Source of the DNA: Malacoraja senta
Lineage: Eukaryota
Direction: 5' to 3'
DNA length: 64,000 bases
NCBI GenBank assembly: GCA_038087875.1
Contig: CM075993.1
Coordinates: 3,164,001-3,228,000, forward strand
The notes below the pieces were generated by a model. The model had not been told where the DNA came from. It saw only the letters and a list, made by a program, of their open reading frames with translations, and did not search any database. The position numbers and the translations under genes are program-made. The stretch's first letter is position 1. Each line of letters starts with the position of its first letter. Shown in pieces: positions 1-12,433 of the stretch.

Positions 1-185
1 AATGGCCTGTGATATAACAATACTATTGGTCATTCTCGTGATTAGCAATGGTTTGAACAGTAACTTTGAACTCCAGTTGATGGAAGCAGGGATATGTCAA
101 ACTTAATGACTCTCTATTCAAAATGATGCTCACACTAGCCGATCATAATATTAAATACACAGTGAATAGACACAAATGCTATTAA

Positions 186-505
186 TAGCCCTGTCCCACG
201 GTACGAGTTCCTTCCAAGAGTTCTCCCGAGTTTGCCCTGATTCGAACTCGGAGATTTACGGTAATGGCCACTCGTCGGTACTCGGGGCTCATGTGGACAA
301 TTTTCATCATGTTGAAAAATCTTCACGAGTCTTCCCATGCTTACCTGCCATTAACGAGTCTTCCCGAGTACCTGCCGTTAGCGCTAAGAGACGTCCCCGA
401 GCTCCGACGTACCCGCTACGTTCATTCTCCGTGCTTACCACGAGTTTGATTTTTGTTAAACTCGGGAGAGCTCTTGGAATGAACTCGTACAGTGGGACAG
501 GGCTA
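186..505. mobile_element. PIF/Harbinger-like MITE, internal type A
   Basis: TIRs TAGCCCTGTCCCACGGTACGAGTTC / GAACTCGTACAGTGGGACAGGGCTA; flanks TAA and TTA; interior matches 2923-3240 and 31397-31715. Confidence 0.85.
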
Positions 506-508
506 TTA

Positions 509-672
509 CTCCCACACTCCAAAGACGTACAGGTTTGTAAGTTAACTAGCGTGGTATAAATATAAAATTGTTCCTACTGCGTGTAGGATGGTGTTAGTGT
601 GCGGGGATTGCTGGTTGGTGCGGACTCAGTGGGCCGAAGGGCCTGTTTCTGTGCTGTATCTCTAAGCTAAAT
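509..672 (+). mobile_element. V-SINE (HE1-like), 3' half
   Basis: CTCCCACACTCCAAAGACGTACAGG...GGGCCGAAGGGCCTGTTTC tail shared with the other copies. Confidence 0.8.
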
Positions 673-693
673 GAATCGGAAACATTCCCACCG

Positions 694-1014
694 ATAGACA
701 CAAAACGCTGGAGTAACTCAGCGGGACAGGCAGCATCTCTGGAGGGAAGAGGAACGGGTGGAGTTGCGGGTCGAGACCCTACTTCAGACTGGGAGTCAGG
801 GGAGAGGGAGACACGGAGATAAGGAAGTGTAGGGTGTAAAAATGAGACATCAAAGGGGATGGAGATCGAGGAACAAGCGTTCAGTCTGAAGAAGGGTCTC
901 GACCCGAAACGTCACCCGTTCCTTCTCTCCAGAGATGCTGCCTGTCCCGCTGAGTTACTCCAACATTTTGTGTGTATTTTCGGTTTGAACCAGCATCTGC
1001 AGTTCCTCCCTACA
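694..1014. mobile_element. Inverted pair of Penelope-like 3' end fragments with hammerhead cores
   Basis: 694-875 on minus and 881-1014 on plus, both matching the 3' UTR that follows the GIY-YIG ORF at 51211-51455. Confidence 0.8.
886..913 (+). ncRNA. Minimal hammerhead ribozyme core (Penelope-associated)
   Basis: CTGAAGA-A-GGGT(CTCG)ACCC-GAAA-CGTC: CUGANGA box, stem II, GAAA, palindromic ACGT stem III. Confidence 0.7.
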
Positions 1015-1284
1015 CATTATACACACAGTGCTTTGCTCAGCCTTGTGGCTATAATCACCCATGGCGTTACACACTGTGTACGATACTTGTTGGTTCAACT
1101 GACGAGCCACAATTAGCACTTCGTCACACAGAGCGTATAATTTTTGCAAACCACCTTTCCAATGGATTGTACTGGGCACGATTCCCACAGCAGCCGTAAT
1201 TGGTAGCTTCTGTGACAAGAACACAACCTCCAATCTGCTCTGAACTCGGCACTTCGCTTGTGAGTGGGAGTGTGATCCGTGTAG

Positions 1285-1696
1285 GTTTAGTTTAGTATAG
1301 AGACACAGCACGGAACCACCGGGTCCACGCCGACTAGCGATCCCCGCACATTAGACAATAGACAAAAGATAATGGGTGCAGGAGTAGGCCATTCGAGCCA
1401 GCACCGCCATCAAAGTGATCATGACTGATCATCCCCAATCAGTACCCTGTTCCTGCCTTCTCCCTTAACACTACCCAACACACACTTGGGACAATTTTTA
1501 CATTTACACCAAGCCAATTAACCTACAAACCTGCACGTCTTTGGTGTGTGGGAGGAAACCGAAGATCTCGGAGAAAACCCACGCAGGTCACGGGGAGAAG
1601 GTACAAGCTCCATTCAGACAGCACCCGTAGTCGGGATCGAACCCAGATCTCTGGCGCTGTAAAGCAGCAACTCTACCGCTGCGCCACCGTGCCGCC
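1285..1696 (-). mobile_element. V-SINE (HE1-like) interrupted by a CR1 3' tail (~1352-1465)
   Basis: On minus: A box TGGCGCAGCGG, B box GGTTCGATCC, V-domain, (CTAAA)n tail. Confidence 0.85.
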
Positions 1697-2080
1697 GTGT
1701 TTCATTGTCACGAAAGGAAACCCACTTGCTTCACTCACAACCATTACTTGTCCACAGTTAACCACCATTTCCAGTCTCCACCCATTCACCATAGACGTCA
1801 CGCTGTTAAAAATTGGAATCGAGGTTTTAGAATGCAACGTGTTGCAAATCTTCAAGTCCACTCCGAGCCATTCAACAGAGGTGAATCCATCTTCAGATGA
1901 GCGTTGTCAAATTATGGTCATTATCTTTACTTGCTATAAGGTGGCAAGAACCTTGATTCATAATAAGTACATATGTGATGGGAGCAGAATTAGGCCATTC
2001 GGCCCAACGAGTCTACTCCGCCATTCGGTCATGGCTGATCTACCTCTCCCCATAACCTTCTCCCCGTAACCCCTGACACC

Positions 2081-2395
2081 CGTGGCACAGAGGCACTGCC
2101 TCGCAGCACCAGAGACCCCGGGTTCGATCCTGACCTCGGGCGCTGTCAGCGTGGAGTTTGCACGTTCTCCCTGTGACCACGTGGGTTTCCTCCGGGTGCT
2201 CCCGGTTTCCTCCAACGTCCCAAGGACGTGCGGGTTTGCGGCTTAATCAGCCCACTGTAAATTGCCCCCTAGTGGGTAGGGAGTGGATGAGAGAGTGCGA
2301 TAACATAGAACTAGTGTGAGTGAGTGATCGATGGTCAGTGTGTGCTTGATGGGCCGAAGGGCCTGTTTCCATGCTGTGTCTCCAAACTAAACCTA
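2081..2395 (+). mobile_element. V-SINE (HE1-like)
   Basis: B box GGTTCGATCC, V-domain GGAGTTTGCACGTTCTCCC...GGTTTCCTCCGGGTGCTCCCGG, CR1-shared tail. Confidence 0.85.
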
Positions 2396-2730
2396 ATCGT
2401 ATTGGTCTGTTTCATTGTATCTGGATCTCACCATATTTGTGCTACTCTTGATGTGACTTGGCTTCATAATTTCATGGAGGAGAGCAAAGTCTGGAAATTA
2501 ATCCGTAGTCCACACGGAACGTTGACGAGCTAGATTTGGAAAAATGGCCGCAATGTTTGGAAATTCTTTGGAGCATGTTGGCCGGTGTGGGCAAGTTGGG
2601 CCGAAGGGCCTGTTTCCGCGCTGTATCGCTCTATGATTCTATGACCACTGACCCAAACCTCACCTCATCTCTCCATGTCCTCCTGACCTGTTGAGATGTT
2701 CCGGCACTATTTGTGTGTCTTTTACTGTAA

Positions 2731-3240
2731 AGGGCCTGTCCCACTTTCACCACCTAACTCACCACCTTTTTCACTCGTGGACATTTTTCATCAGGCTAGA
2801 AAAAACGCCCCGACCTACTTGATGCCACGAGTACCTATGTCCAGCATCACGGCCTGCTACGACCTCGTGATGACCGTGCTGCGAGTATGAGTCAAGGGCA
2901 AACTCGGCAGAGGTCTGAATAAAGGGCCTGTCCCACTGTACGAGGTAATTCAAGAGTTCTCCCGAGTTTCCCCTGATTCGAACTCGGAGAATTACGGTAA
3001 TGGCCGCTCGTAGGTACTCGGGGCTCTCGTGGACATTTTTCAACATGTTGAAAAATCTTCACGAGTCTTCACGAGCTTACCGCGTTTCCCGAGTACCTGC
3101 CGTTAGCGTTACGAGCCGCTAAGAGACGTCCCCGAGCTCCGACGTACCAGCTACGTTCATTCTACGTGTTTACCACGAGTTTGATTTTTTTTAAAACTCG
3201 GGAGAGCTCTGGAATGAACTCGTACAGTGGGACAGGCCCT
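2731..3240. mobile_element. Composite Harbinger-like MITE: type B left part (2731-2919) plus complete type A (2923-3240)
   Basis: Two left TIRs AGGGCCTGTCCCACT, each preceded by TAA; one right TIR AGTGGGACAGGCCCT. Confidence 0.8.
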
Positions 3241-3906
3241 ACAACCAGCATGTGCAGTTTCTTGGCCTGTTTCCGCGCTGTATCACTATGTGACTCTATA
3301 ACTCCAATTCCAATTGATAAAACCTGCCCATCGCCAGCCATTGTGTTCTTCAAGGTTGGGAAACAGTTTAAGTTTGGTTGCTGTCAGGGTAATGGACGTG
3401 TACGAGAGGAACGTTGAAAGCTGACAGCTTCCTCCCATTGTACACGCTGCCTTTCACTTCTTGGAGAGGGATTCAAAGCAATGCATTATTGAAGCTCGGA
3501 TAAACCTTGACAAAAGGCTTCAGCACAATGCCTTTTGCTATGTGTGTGTGCCCAGAGCTATGTGTGTGTTCAGAGCGCTGTTTCCCCACATTTTTAATGT
3601 CAATTCTCCAGCTGTCAAGTCAAAGACTGCGGGAACTAGACAAAGCACACAGCACTGGAGAACAAAGTTAATAGAAAAATGTATTGGTCGATCAAGCCAA
3701 AGGGAGCTTTTAAAGGGCTATTGTCAGGGAGAACTATTGGCTTGCCAGCTAAATGAACTGCCCATGTTACACAACACAGTATATTAACGTCCATTACTTT
3801 CCCAAGCCACCATGGCTTCTGGTTGAATCTGGTACTTGTCCTTCTTCCTGCATTGTTCCTCATGTTTGATATTACTTCTGTTGCTCGTATCTGCAGAGAC
3901 GTTCCC

Positions 3907-4265
3907 TTGGACAGGCTCGATGCAGGAACAATGTTCCCCGATGTTGGGGGAGTCCAGAGCCAGGGGTCACACAGCTTAAGAATATGGGGCAGGCCATTTC
4001 GGACTGAGATGGGGAAAAACTTTTTCACCCAGAGAGTCGTGAATCTGTGGATTTCTCTGCCACAGAAGGCAGTGGAGGCCGATTCCCTGGATGTTTTCAA
4101 GAGCGAGTTAGATTTAGCTCTTAGGGCTAACGGAATCAAGGGATATGGGGAGAAAGCAGGAACGGGGTACTGATTTTGGATGATCAGCCATGATCATATT
4201 GAACGGCGGAGCAGGCTCGAAGGGCCGAATGGCCTACTCCTGCACCTATTTTTCCATGTTTCTAT
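3907..4265 (+). mobile_element. CR1 LINE 3' fragment (ORF2 C-terminus and 3' UTR)
   Basis: LDRLDAGTMFP...FFTQRVVNLW...GYGEKAGTGY* and TTTCTATG-like tail; a second CR1 tail follows at 4268-4369. Confidence 0.9.
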
Positions 4266-4949
4266 AGGTTATTGATTGGGGACGATCAGCCATGATCACA
4301 ATGAATGGCGGTGCTGGCTCGAAGGGCCGAATGGCCTCCTCCTGCACCTATTTTCTATATGTTTCTATGAGATTTTTAGTGTAGGAAGGAACTGCAGATG
4401 CTGGTTTAAACCAAAGATAGACACAAAGTGCTGGAGTAACTCAGCGGGACTCACAATGTGATTATACAGAGCTGGCGTATCATTGAACAGAGCAATATCA
4501 GTTTTGCGCCAACGTGCGGAACAGCACCATACAACTGGAAGAGCAATGAAAATCAATTTCCCTCTTTTAACCTGAAGACAAATTCAAATTCCTCTCAGTA
4601 AATACAGCCCTGCTGGCAATGCTCTTCGATGGTTTTGAAACATGTAACAAGGCAGGCATGTAACTAACGTTCCAGATTCTCAGAAGCTCAACGTCACGAG
4701 CTGCTGGCCTATTGCCAGAAGCCGCATTGGAAAGCCTTAAAGCAACAAAAAAAAAATCGGAGTGTTTTCCTTCGAATATCAAAAGCCTGGCTTAAATCTT
4801 CTCCAACCAGCAAGCCAATGATTGAAGCAATTGCCACCAACTGGGAAGTCGGACATTTGATTGGGATTGTTACTTGAACAATACAACTAGGTTATATAAA
4901 AGTGCATGAATGCTTGACAGAAATGGTTCTGTTAGATCATTAATATATT

Positions 4950-5253
4950 CTCATCCCGGAAGGCTGGCTGCGTCCTGGGGGCGGAGATGGAGGGATTCAC
5001 GGGAGGTTGGTCTTGGAGGGGGCGGATGCTCCTCAAACTGCGGAGCATCCTGGACACTACAGCTCACCCCCTCCATGTCGCACTGGTCAAGCTGAGGAGC
5101 ACCTTCAGCCACAGACTGGTTCCACCAAGATGCAGCACAGAACACCACAGGGGATCCTTCTTCCCTGTGGCTATCGAACTGTACAACTCCTCCCCCTTCT
5201 GTCGTGGGGAGACTGACTTCCCTCCCACCTCCCCCCCCCCTATTGTATCGTAT
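4950..5253 (+). mobile_element. Rex1/Babar LINE 3' fragment
   Basis: KLRSILDTTAHPLH...STFSHRLVPPRCSTEHHRGSFFPVAIELYN; related copy at 55725-56003. Confidence 0.75.
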
Positions 5254-5514
5254 AATATCCATAGCATCAGCCATGATTCAAATTTAACAGCAGTGTAGAC
5301 TTGATGGGCCAAATGGCCTAATTCCGGTCCTATGGCTTATGAACTTAGGATCGGGCAGCGACGAACTGGGCCCTGCTGCCCAGCCACATCCATGCACGAC
5401 CATGACACTTGGCACCATAACAAGATTTAAAACATTTGAACAACATTTGGACAGGTACATGGATAGGAAAGGTCTGGAGAGATATGGGTCAAACACGAAC
5501 TGGTGGAACAAGCG

Positions 5515-6412
5515 TAGGTCATAAGGTCATAAGTGATAGGAGCAGAAATCGGCCATTCAGCCCATCAAGTGTACTCCGCCATTCAATCATGGCTGATCTA
5601 TCTCTCCCTCCTAACCCCATTCTCCTGCCTTCTCCACATAACTGACACCCGTACTAATCAAGAATCCATCTATCTCTGCCTCAGAAATATCCATTAACTT
5701 GGCCTCCACAACCGACTGTGGCAAAGAATTCCACAGATTCACCACCCTCTGACTAAATGGATGGATTTAAGAGAGAGTTAGATAGAGCTCTAGGGGCTAG
5801 TGGAATCAAGGGATATGGGGCGAAGGCAGGCACGGGTTATTGATTGGGGACGATCAGCCATGATCACAATGAATGGCAGTGCTGGCTCGAAGGGCCGAAT
5901 GGCCTCCTCCTGCACCTATTTTCTATTTTTCTAAAGAAATTCCTCCTCATCTCCTTCCTAAAGGAACGTTCTTTTATTCTGAGGCTGTGACCTCTGGTCC
6001 TAGACTCTCCCACTAGTGGAAACATCCTCTCCACATCCACTCTATCGAAGCCTTTCACTATTCTGTACGCTTCAATGAGGTCCCCCCTAAATCTTCTAAA
6101 CTCCAGCAAGTACAGGCCTAGTGGCATCAAACGTCTCATCATATGTTAACACACTCATTCCTGGGATCATTCTTGTAAACCTCCTCTGGACCCTCTCCAG
6201 AGCCAGCACATCCTTCCTCAGATATGGTGCCCAAAATTGCTCACAATATTCCAAATGGGGCCTGACCAGTGCCTTATAGAGCCTCAGCATTACATCCCTG
6301 TTTTTGTATTCTAGCCCTCTTGAAATAAATGATGGCATTGCGTTAGCTTTCTTTACTACCGATTCGACTTGCAGATTAACTTTTTTGGGAATCCTGCACC
6401 AGCACTCCCAAG
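5515..6412 (-). mobile_element. CR1 LINE 3' fragment with a nested opposite-strand CR1 piece (5758-5930)
   Basis: [28 protein letters not shown]...ALERVQRRFTRMIPG; nested insert flanked by CTAAA duplication. Confidence 0.9.
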
Positions 6413-6749
6413 TGTAGATGGGGGATCTTGGTCAGAATGGGCAAGTTGGGCCGAAGGGCTGCATGACTCCTTGACTCTATGACTTACCTACATTAAGGAG
6501 AAGCTGGAGACTGCAGATGCTGGAATCTTGACCAAAGCACAAAGTGCTGGAGGAACTCAATGGGTCAGGCAGCATCTGTGGAAGGAAAAGTACAGGTGAC
6601 GTTTTGGATTGGGATTGGATTTGGGTCTGAAGAAGGGTCCCGATCCAAAACATGGTGCGTTCATTCCGTCCACAGATCCTCCCTGACCTACTAAGTTCCT
6701 CCTGCACTTTCTTTTTTGGCCTTATCTACGCTAATCCTACTGGTCTCCA

Positions 6750-7110
6750 AACATTTCTTAAGGGACTGGACAGGCTAGATGTTTCCCCATGTTGGGGGAG
6801 TCCAGAACCAGGGGTCACACAGTTTAAGAATAAGGGGTTGGACATTTAGGACTGAGATGAGGAAAAACATTTTTCACCCAGAGGGTTGTGAATCTGTGGA
6901 ATTCTCTGCCATAGAAGGCAGTGGAGACCAATTCACTGGATGTATTCAAGAGAGAGTTAGGTACAGCTCTTTGGGCTAAAGGAATCAAGGGATATGGGGG
7001 AAAAAGCAGGAATGGGGTACTGATATTTTCTGATCAGCCACGATCATATTGAAATGCAGTTACTTGATGGGCCAGACGGCTAATTCTGCTCCTATCACTT
7101 ATAACCTATG
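6750..7110 (+). mobile_element. CR1 LINE 3' fragment
   Basis: KGLDRLD...GESRTRGH-like sequence and CR1 3' UTR. Confidence 0.85.
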
Positions 7111-7131
7111 ATCTTATGAAGGGCCTGTTTC

Positions 7132-7350
7132 CATAGAAACATAGAAAATAGGTGCAGGAGGAGACCATTCGGCCCTTCGAGCCAGCACCGCCATTCATTG
7201 CGATCATGTCTGATCGTCCCCAATCAATAACCCATGCCTGCCTTCTCCCCATATCCCTTGATTCCACTAGCCCCTGGAGCTCTATCTCTCTTAAATCCAT
7301 CCAGTGATTTCGCCTCCACTGTCCTCTGTGGCAGGGAATTCCACAAATTC
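7132..7350 (-). mobile_element. CR1 LINE 3' fragment
   Basis: CATAGAAACATAGAAA tail and 3' UTR matching 19077-19495. Confidence 0.85.
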
Positions 7351-7358
7351 CTCCATGC

Positions 7359-7489
7359 TGTTTAAGAAGGAACTGCAGATGCTGGAAAATCGAAGGTAGA
7401 CAAAAGTGCTGGAGAAACTCAGCGGGTGCAGCAGCATCTATGGAGCCAAGGAAATAGGCAACGTTTCGGGCCGAACCCCTTCTTCAGAC
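7359..7489 (-). mobile_element. Penelope-like 3' terminal fragment with hammerhead core
   Basis: Reverse complement of the 51328-51455 type terminus. Confidence 0.8.
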
Positions 7490-8229
7490 ATGGTCTGCAA
7501 TGCATTGCATCGTTGCGATCTATTTGCCCTTCGAACAGGAAACAGTTAACGGAATAGTCAGCTCAAGTGTCTGAAACTGCATTGGATTATAATTGGAATT
7601 CTCTTCCAATTCAGGACCAAGTGAGCTGATGGTGGGTCACCCCTGGGATCCCGCCTGTCACTACACATTTAAGAAATTAGCTCCAAAATATCCAGTCCGT
7701 CAAGCCTCATATAAATACGTTAGATTTCTTGTTAATTAGCAAGAAAAATGCCCTTGCATTATCATACTCAAACCGACAACTCTCACTCCCTGCAAGAACT
7801 GACCACTTATCTTTACCCAAACTTCCATCGTTGCTGTCTTATCCCCTCAGAAACAAAAGTACCGCCAAATATAAAATTCACTGTTTTGCCTTAGGGGTGG
7901 TTATTTAGAAGGATATTGATTGAATATGGATCTGGTGTTGTTTAGACTGTGTAGCAATTTCACTTCCACTTGTGAAGTGCCTGCTTCTGCCTTTGTACGT
8001 TCAGCTCCAATTTGGTCAATAAGCCATTAATATTTCAATAATATTGTTGCAGGTCTGTGCTGCTTTTCTGTGCATTGTGCGGGATGTCAACTTCCCCTCT
8101 CACACATATGAGATATTGATTTTAAAACCGGTCTTTTAGTGCACGAAATAGGCCATAATTCACGCGTCCCAGACAGTCGAGCATAAGGGACCATCAACTC
8201 TGGAGTTCTATGCTGAAACGTTTCGCTGC

Positions 8230-8602
8230 TATGAAAGGCTTGGATAGAGTGGATGTGGAGAGGATGTTTCCACTAGTGGGAGAGTCTAGGACCAGAGGTC
8301 ATAGCCACAGAATTAAAGGACGTTCCTTTAGGAAGGAGATGAGGAGGAGTTTCTTTAGTCAGAGGGTGGTGAATCTGTGGAATTCTTTGCCACAGAAGGC
8401 CGTGGAGGCAAAGTTAGTGGATATATTTAAGGCAGAGATAGATAGATTCTTGATTAGTGCGGGTGTCAGAGGTTATGGGGAGAAGGCAGGAGAATGGGGT
8501 TAGGAGGGAGAGATAGATCAGGCATGAATGAATGGTGGAGTAGACTTGATGGGCCGATTGGCCTAATTCTGCTCCTGTCACTTATGACCTTATGACCTTA
8601 TG
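8230..8602 (+). mobile_element. CR1 LINE 3' fragment
   Basis: KGLDRVDVERMFPLVGESRTRGH...WNSLPQKAVEA...GYGEKAGEWG*; (TTATGACC)n tail. Confidence 0.9.
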
Positions 8603-9536
8603 ATCAGCTGTCCCATCATATTTTCAGAAGAAATCTCATCAATCTGAAACATGAATTCTATCTGTGGAGGCCGAGTCAATGGATTTGTTTCGCTGTTTGC
8701 TTTGTAGTCACCTTCTCCCAGCTAACAATGATCTACTCTACATTTTTCTTGATCTGCATCTCTTTTAATCTCCTTGAGAAAGAATGTGTGACGTTTCGGG
8801 TCGAGACCCTTCTCCAGACTAAGAAATCCTTGGTTTCCTCCCACATTTTGGGGTTAAAGATAATCTATCTCTGCCTTAAATATATCCACTGACTTGGCCT
8901 CCACAGCCTTCGGAGGCAAAGAAATTAGATTTATTTTTTAATTTTGCCCTGCAGGTAACAGATTGCCTTGCCCAAAAATCGTGAATGATTGCTGATTTTA
9001 GTGACTGGCACGGTGCAATAACCTCCGCAATCTTTCTCATAACAGCAATTATAATTGGAATCACACCGGCTACAGAGATGTATATTTGCATTGTAGCCTT
9101 TCTCAACCTCAGGGGTGTCCGACATGCTTTACATAAGAACATGAGGAGTTGGAGCAGGAATAGGCCAACCAGCCCCTCGAGCCTGATCCGTCATTCAATG
9201 AGATCAAGGCTGATCTGATAATTGGCCTTGACTTTGCATTCCTGCGGGCTCCCTCTACACTCGAATCCCCTGAGATCCTAAACTCAGTCTAAATCAGTCT
9301 GGAACAGACTGAAAAAAACAAAGACGTTGTGTCTCTCAACAAAGTGGTTACGGGGAGAAGGCGGGAGAATGGGGTTAGGACGGGAGTTAGAATGGGGTTG
9401 GGAGAGATAGATCAGCCATGATTGAATGGCGGAGTAGACGTGATGGGCCGAATGGCCTAATTCTGCTCCTATTCCTTATGACCCACAGCTCTCTGAGATA
9501 GAAAATTCCAAAGGTTCACAACCCTTCAAGAGAAGA

Positions 9537-9657
9537 GGGCGGCACGGTGGTGCAGCGGTAGAGTTGCTGCCTTACAGCGAATGCAGCGCTGGAGACCCGG
9601 GTTCGATCCCGACTACGGGTGCTGTCTGTACGGAGTTTGTGCGTTCTCCCCGTGACC
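9537..9657 (+). mobile_element. V-SINE 5' part (tRNA-derived head)
   Basis: GGCACGGTGGTGCAGCGGTAGAG...GGTTCGATCCC. Confidence 0.8.
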
Positions 9658-9910
9658 TCTCTTTTTCCCCTCTCTTTCTGTCTTTCTCTGTCTTTCTCTC
9701 ACTCTCTCTACCTCCTTCTCCCTCCTCCTCTCCCTCCCCCTCTCCCTCTCCCTCTCCCTCTCCCTCTCCCTCTCCCTCTCCCTCCCCTCCCCTCCCTCTC
9801 TCTTCCTCCCTCTCTTCCTCTCTCTCTCCTTCTCCACCTTTCCCTTTCCCTCCCTCTGTCTCTCTCTCTCTCTCTGTCTATTTCTATCTCTCTGTTCATT
9901 CTCTCTTCCA
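9657..9910. repeat. CT-rich microsatellite, (CCCTCT)n and (CT)n
   Basis: Direct reading: polypyrimidine tract of about 250 bp. Confidence 0.95.
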
Positions 9911-10523
9911 CCTGTTGCTCTCTGCCGCTCACGTGGCCTCCCCCCACCTACGTCCCTCTTTGCATGTCAGTCACACACACTCCACTCATTATATTCCCTG
10001 TCTTACGGCAACCTTTTTATTTTAATGTCAACAAAATCTTTTTTTTTTAAAATTCAGATAAATTAAATCAGATATGAATCAGACTGTGATGGAACGAATG
10101 AGTACTGAAGCATAAGTAAGATAATATTATGCGGAGACGAGGCCTACATAATCATTAGTAATGCTGGATAGAACTGATTATAAGAAATAAACTTGATTAA
10201 CATATTATTATTTCAGTAGCACTTCAGGCAATGGGCTGCTAGAATCGGCCTTTAATTCATATTTTATACCATGTTGTTGACACAAATGTGCCACCAAAGC
10301 TTAATCCAGCACTCCTCTGAAATAAATCTCCACACATATAGCAAGTTAGTTGCTTATTAACCCTTTAGTTTAGAGATGCAGCGTGGAGACAGGCCCCCTC
10401 GGCCCACCTAGTCCTTGCCAGCCATCGATAACACATTCACACTGGTTCTATGTTATCCCACTTCCTCATCCACTCCCTACACACTTGGGGCAATTTACAG
10501 AGGGCCAATTAACCTAAAATCAG

Positions 10524-11040
10524 TGTAAGAAAGAACTACAGATGCTGGTTTAAATTGAAGGTAGACACAAAATGCTGGAGTAACTCAGCGGGACAGGCAG
10601 CATCTCTGGAGAGAAGGAATGGGTGGCGTTCCGGGTCGAGACCCTTCTTCAGACTGATGTCAGGGGGGGCGGGGCAGAGATAGAATGTAGTCGGAGACAA
10701 TAAGACTAGTGGGAGAACTGGGAAGGGGAAGGGGATGGAGAGAGGGGGAAAGCAAGGGCTATCTGAAGTTGGAGAAGTCAACGTTCGTACCGCTGGGGTG
10801 TAAGCTGCCCAAGCGAAATATGAGGTGCTGTCCCGCCAATTTGCGCTGGGCCTCACTCTGACAGTGGAGGAGGCCCTTCCCAGTTCTCCCACTAGTCTTA
10901 CTGTCTATCTTTGTCCCGCCCCCTCCCCTGACGTCAGTCTGAAGAAGGGTCTCGACCTGAAACGTCGCCCATTCCTTGTCTCCAGAGATGCTGCCTGTCC
11001 CGCTGAGTTACTCCAGCATTTTGCGTCTATCTTCGATTTA
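10524..11040. mobile_element. Penelope-like 3' fragment (minus, 10524-10866) plus inverted partial copy (plus, 10876-11040)
   Basis: Minus strand encodes QSEAQRKLAGQHLIFRLGSLHPSG (GIY-YIG C-terminal region); inverted pLTR-like duplication; hammerhead cores on both arms. Confidence 0.85.
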
Positions 11041-11329
11041 ACCTAAAATCTGCACATCTTTGGGAAGTGGGAGGAAACCGGAGCACCCGGAGGAAAGACT
11101 ATTAAACACTAAAGCCCTCAAATAGGCTCTGAACTACATATACAAGGGGGCATTCTTTTTATGTTTATGACTTTGCACTTTTATTATTTGTTATATATAT
11201 ATATATACCGCACTTTTTATTGTTTATTATTGTTTTACGTGGTACTATCCAGCCGTGGTGGATGTTTATGTTAAATTTCATTTTATGCACCTGTGTGTGT
11301 ATTATTGCTTTTCACTTAGTATGGCTGTA

Positions 11330-11556
11330 TTTCAACTCTCTGCCTCAGAGGGCGGTGGAGGCCGGTTCTCTGGATACTTTCAAGAGAGAGCTAGATAGGG
11401 CTCTTAAAAATAGCGGAGTCAGGGGATATGGGGAGAAGGCAGGAACGGGGTACTGATTGGGGATGATCAGCCATGATCACATTGAATGGCGGTGCTGGCT
11501 CGAAGGGCCGAACGGCCTACTCTTGCACCTATTTTTCTATGTTTTCTGTTTCTATG
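11330..11556 (+). mobile_element. CR1 LINE 3' fragment
   Basis: NSLPQRAVEAGSLDTFKRELDRALKNSGVRGYGEKAGTGY*. Confidence 0.9.
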
Positions 11557-12104
11557 CTTCTTAGAAAAAGTTAAATTCCCATGTCAAAGCTCATGAATTA
11601 CAAAGATAATCCTCACCCATGAATCCTCATAAGAGACATAGGTGCAATATTCTCCTTCAGTTTCCAACATGAATTATTTGCCTGTCCTGCCTTATTAATG
11701 AACCTTCCCTGCGTTGTGTAATCATATTAGTCACGTTGAGTATCAATATCACACCACTTCACTTTAGTTCAATATTAATCTAATTACATTGAATACCTCT
11801 GCCATATACCCTGTGTGTTAAGAAGTCGGTGCTCCTGTGCAAGGCAGTATCATCTTTCAACAGAGGAATTCTACTGACGAAACCCTAATTGAGATCATTA
11901 ATAAATATTCTGTTTCGCAGCAATTCCCCAACCCAATTGCATGGGGATTTTACTGGTCATCGCAATCAAAATGAAACCATTACCGTTACTAACATCCTTT
12001 TTTTTCTTAATTAACAGGCCAATTAATTATCTAAATTACAATCACCTACCTGACAGAATATTTAGCCAAAAAATCCCTAGCTTATAAACCTCATCAAATC
12101 TTCC

Positions 12105-12233
12105 GTGGAGAGTAAAGAGGTTCTTCTGCAGTTGTATAGGGCTCTGGTGAGACCACATCTGGAGTATTGTGTCCAGTTTTGGCCTCCGAATTTGAGGAAG
12201 GACATCCTTGTGATTGAGGCAGTGCAGCGTAGG
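12105..12233 (+). mobile_element. CR1 ORF2 fragment running into the assembly gap
   Basis: [24 protein letters not shown]...IEAVQRR. Confidence 0.85.
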
Positions 12234-12433
12234 NNNNNNNNNNNNNNNNNNNNNNNNNNNNNNNNNNNNNNNNNNNNNNNNNNNNNNNNNNNNNNNNNNN
12301 NNNNNNNNNNNNNNNNNNNNNNNNNNNNNNNNNNNNNNNNNNNNNNNNNNNNNNNNNNNNNNNNNNNNNNNNNNNNNNNNNNNNNNNNNNNNNNNNNNNN
12401 NNNNNNNNNNNNNNNNNNNNNNNNNNNNNNNNN
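12234..12433. other. Assembly gap (200 N)
   Basis: Run of exactly 200 N, probably a placeholder length. Confidence 0.99.

Noticed and set aside
9564..10050. Ser/Pro- or Arg/Glu-rich ORFs
   Set aside because: They are translations of a CT microsatellite.
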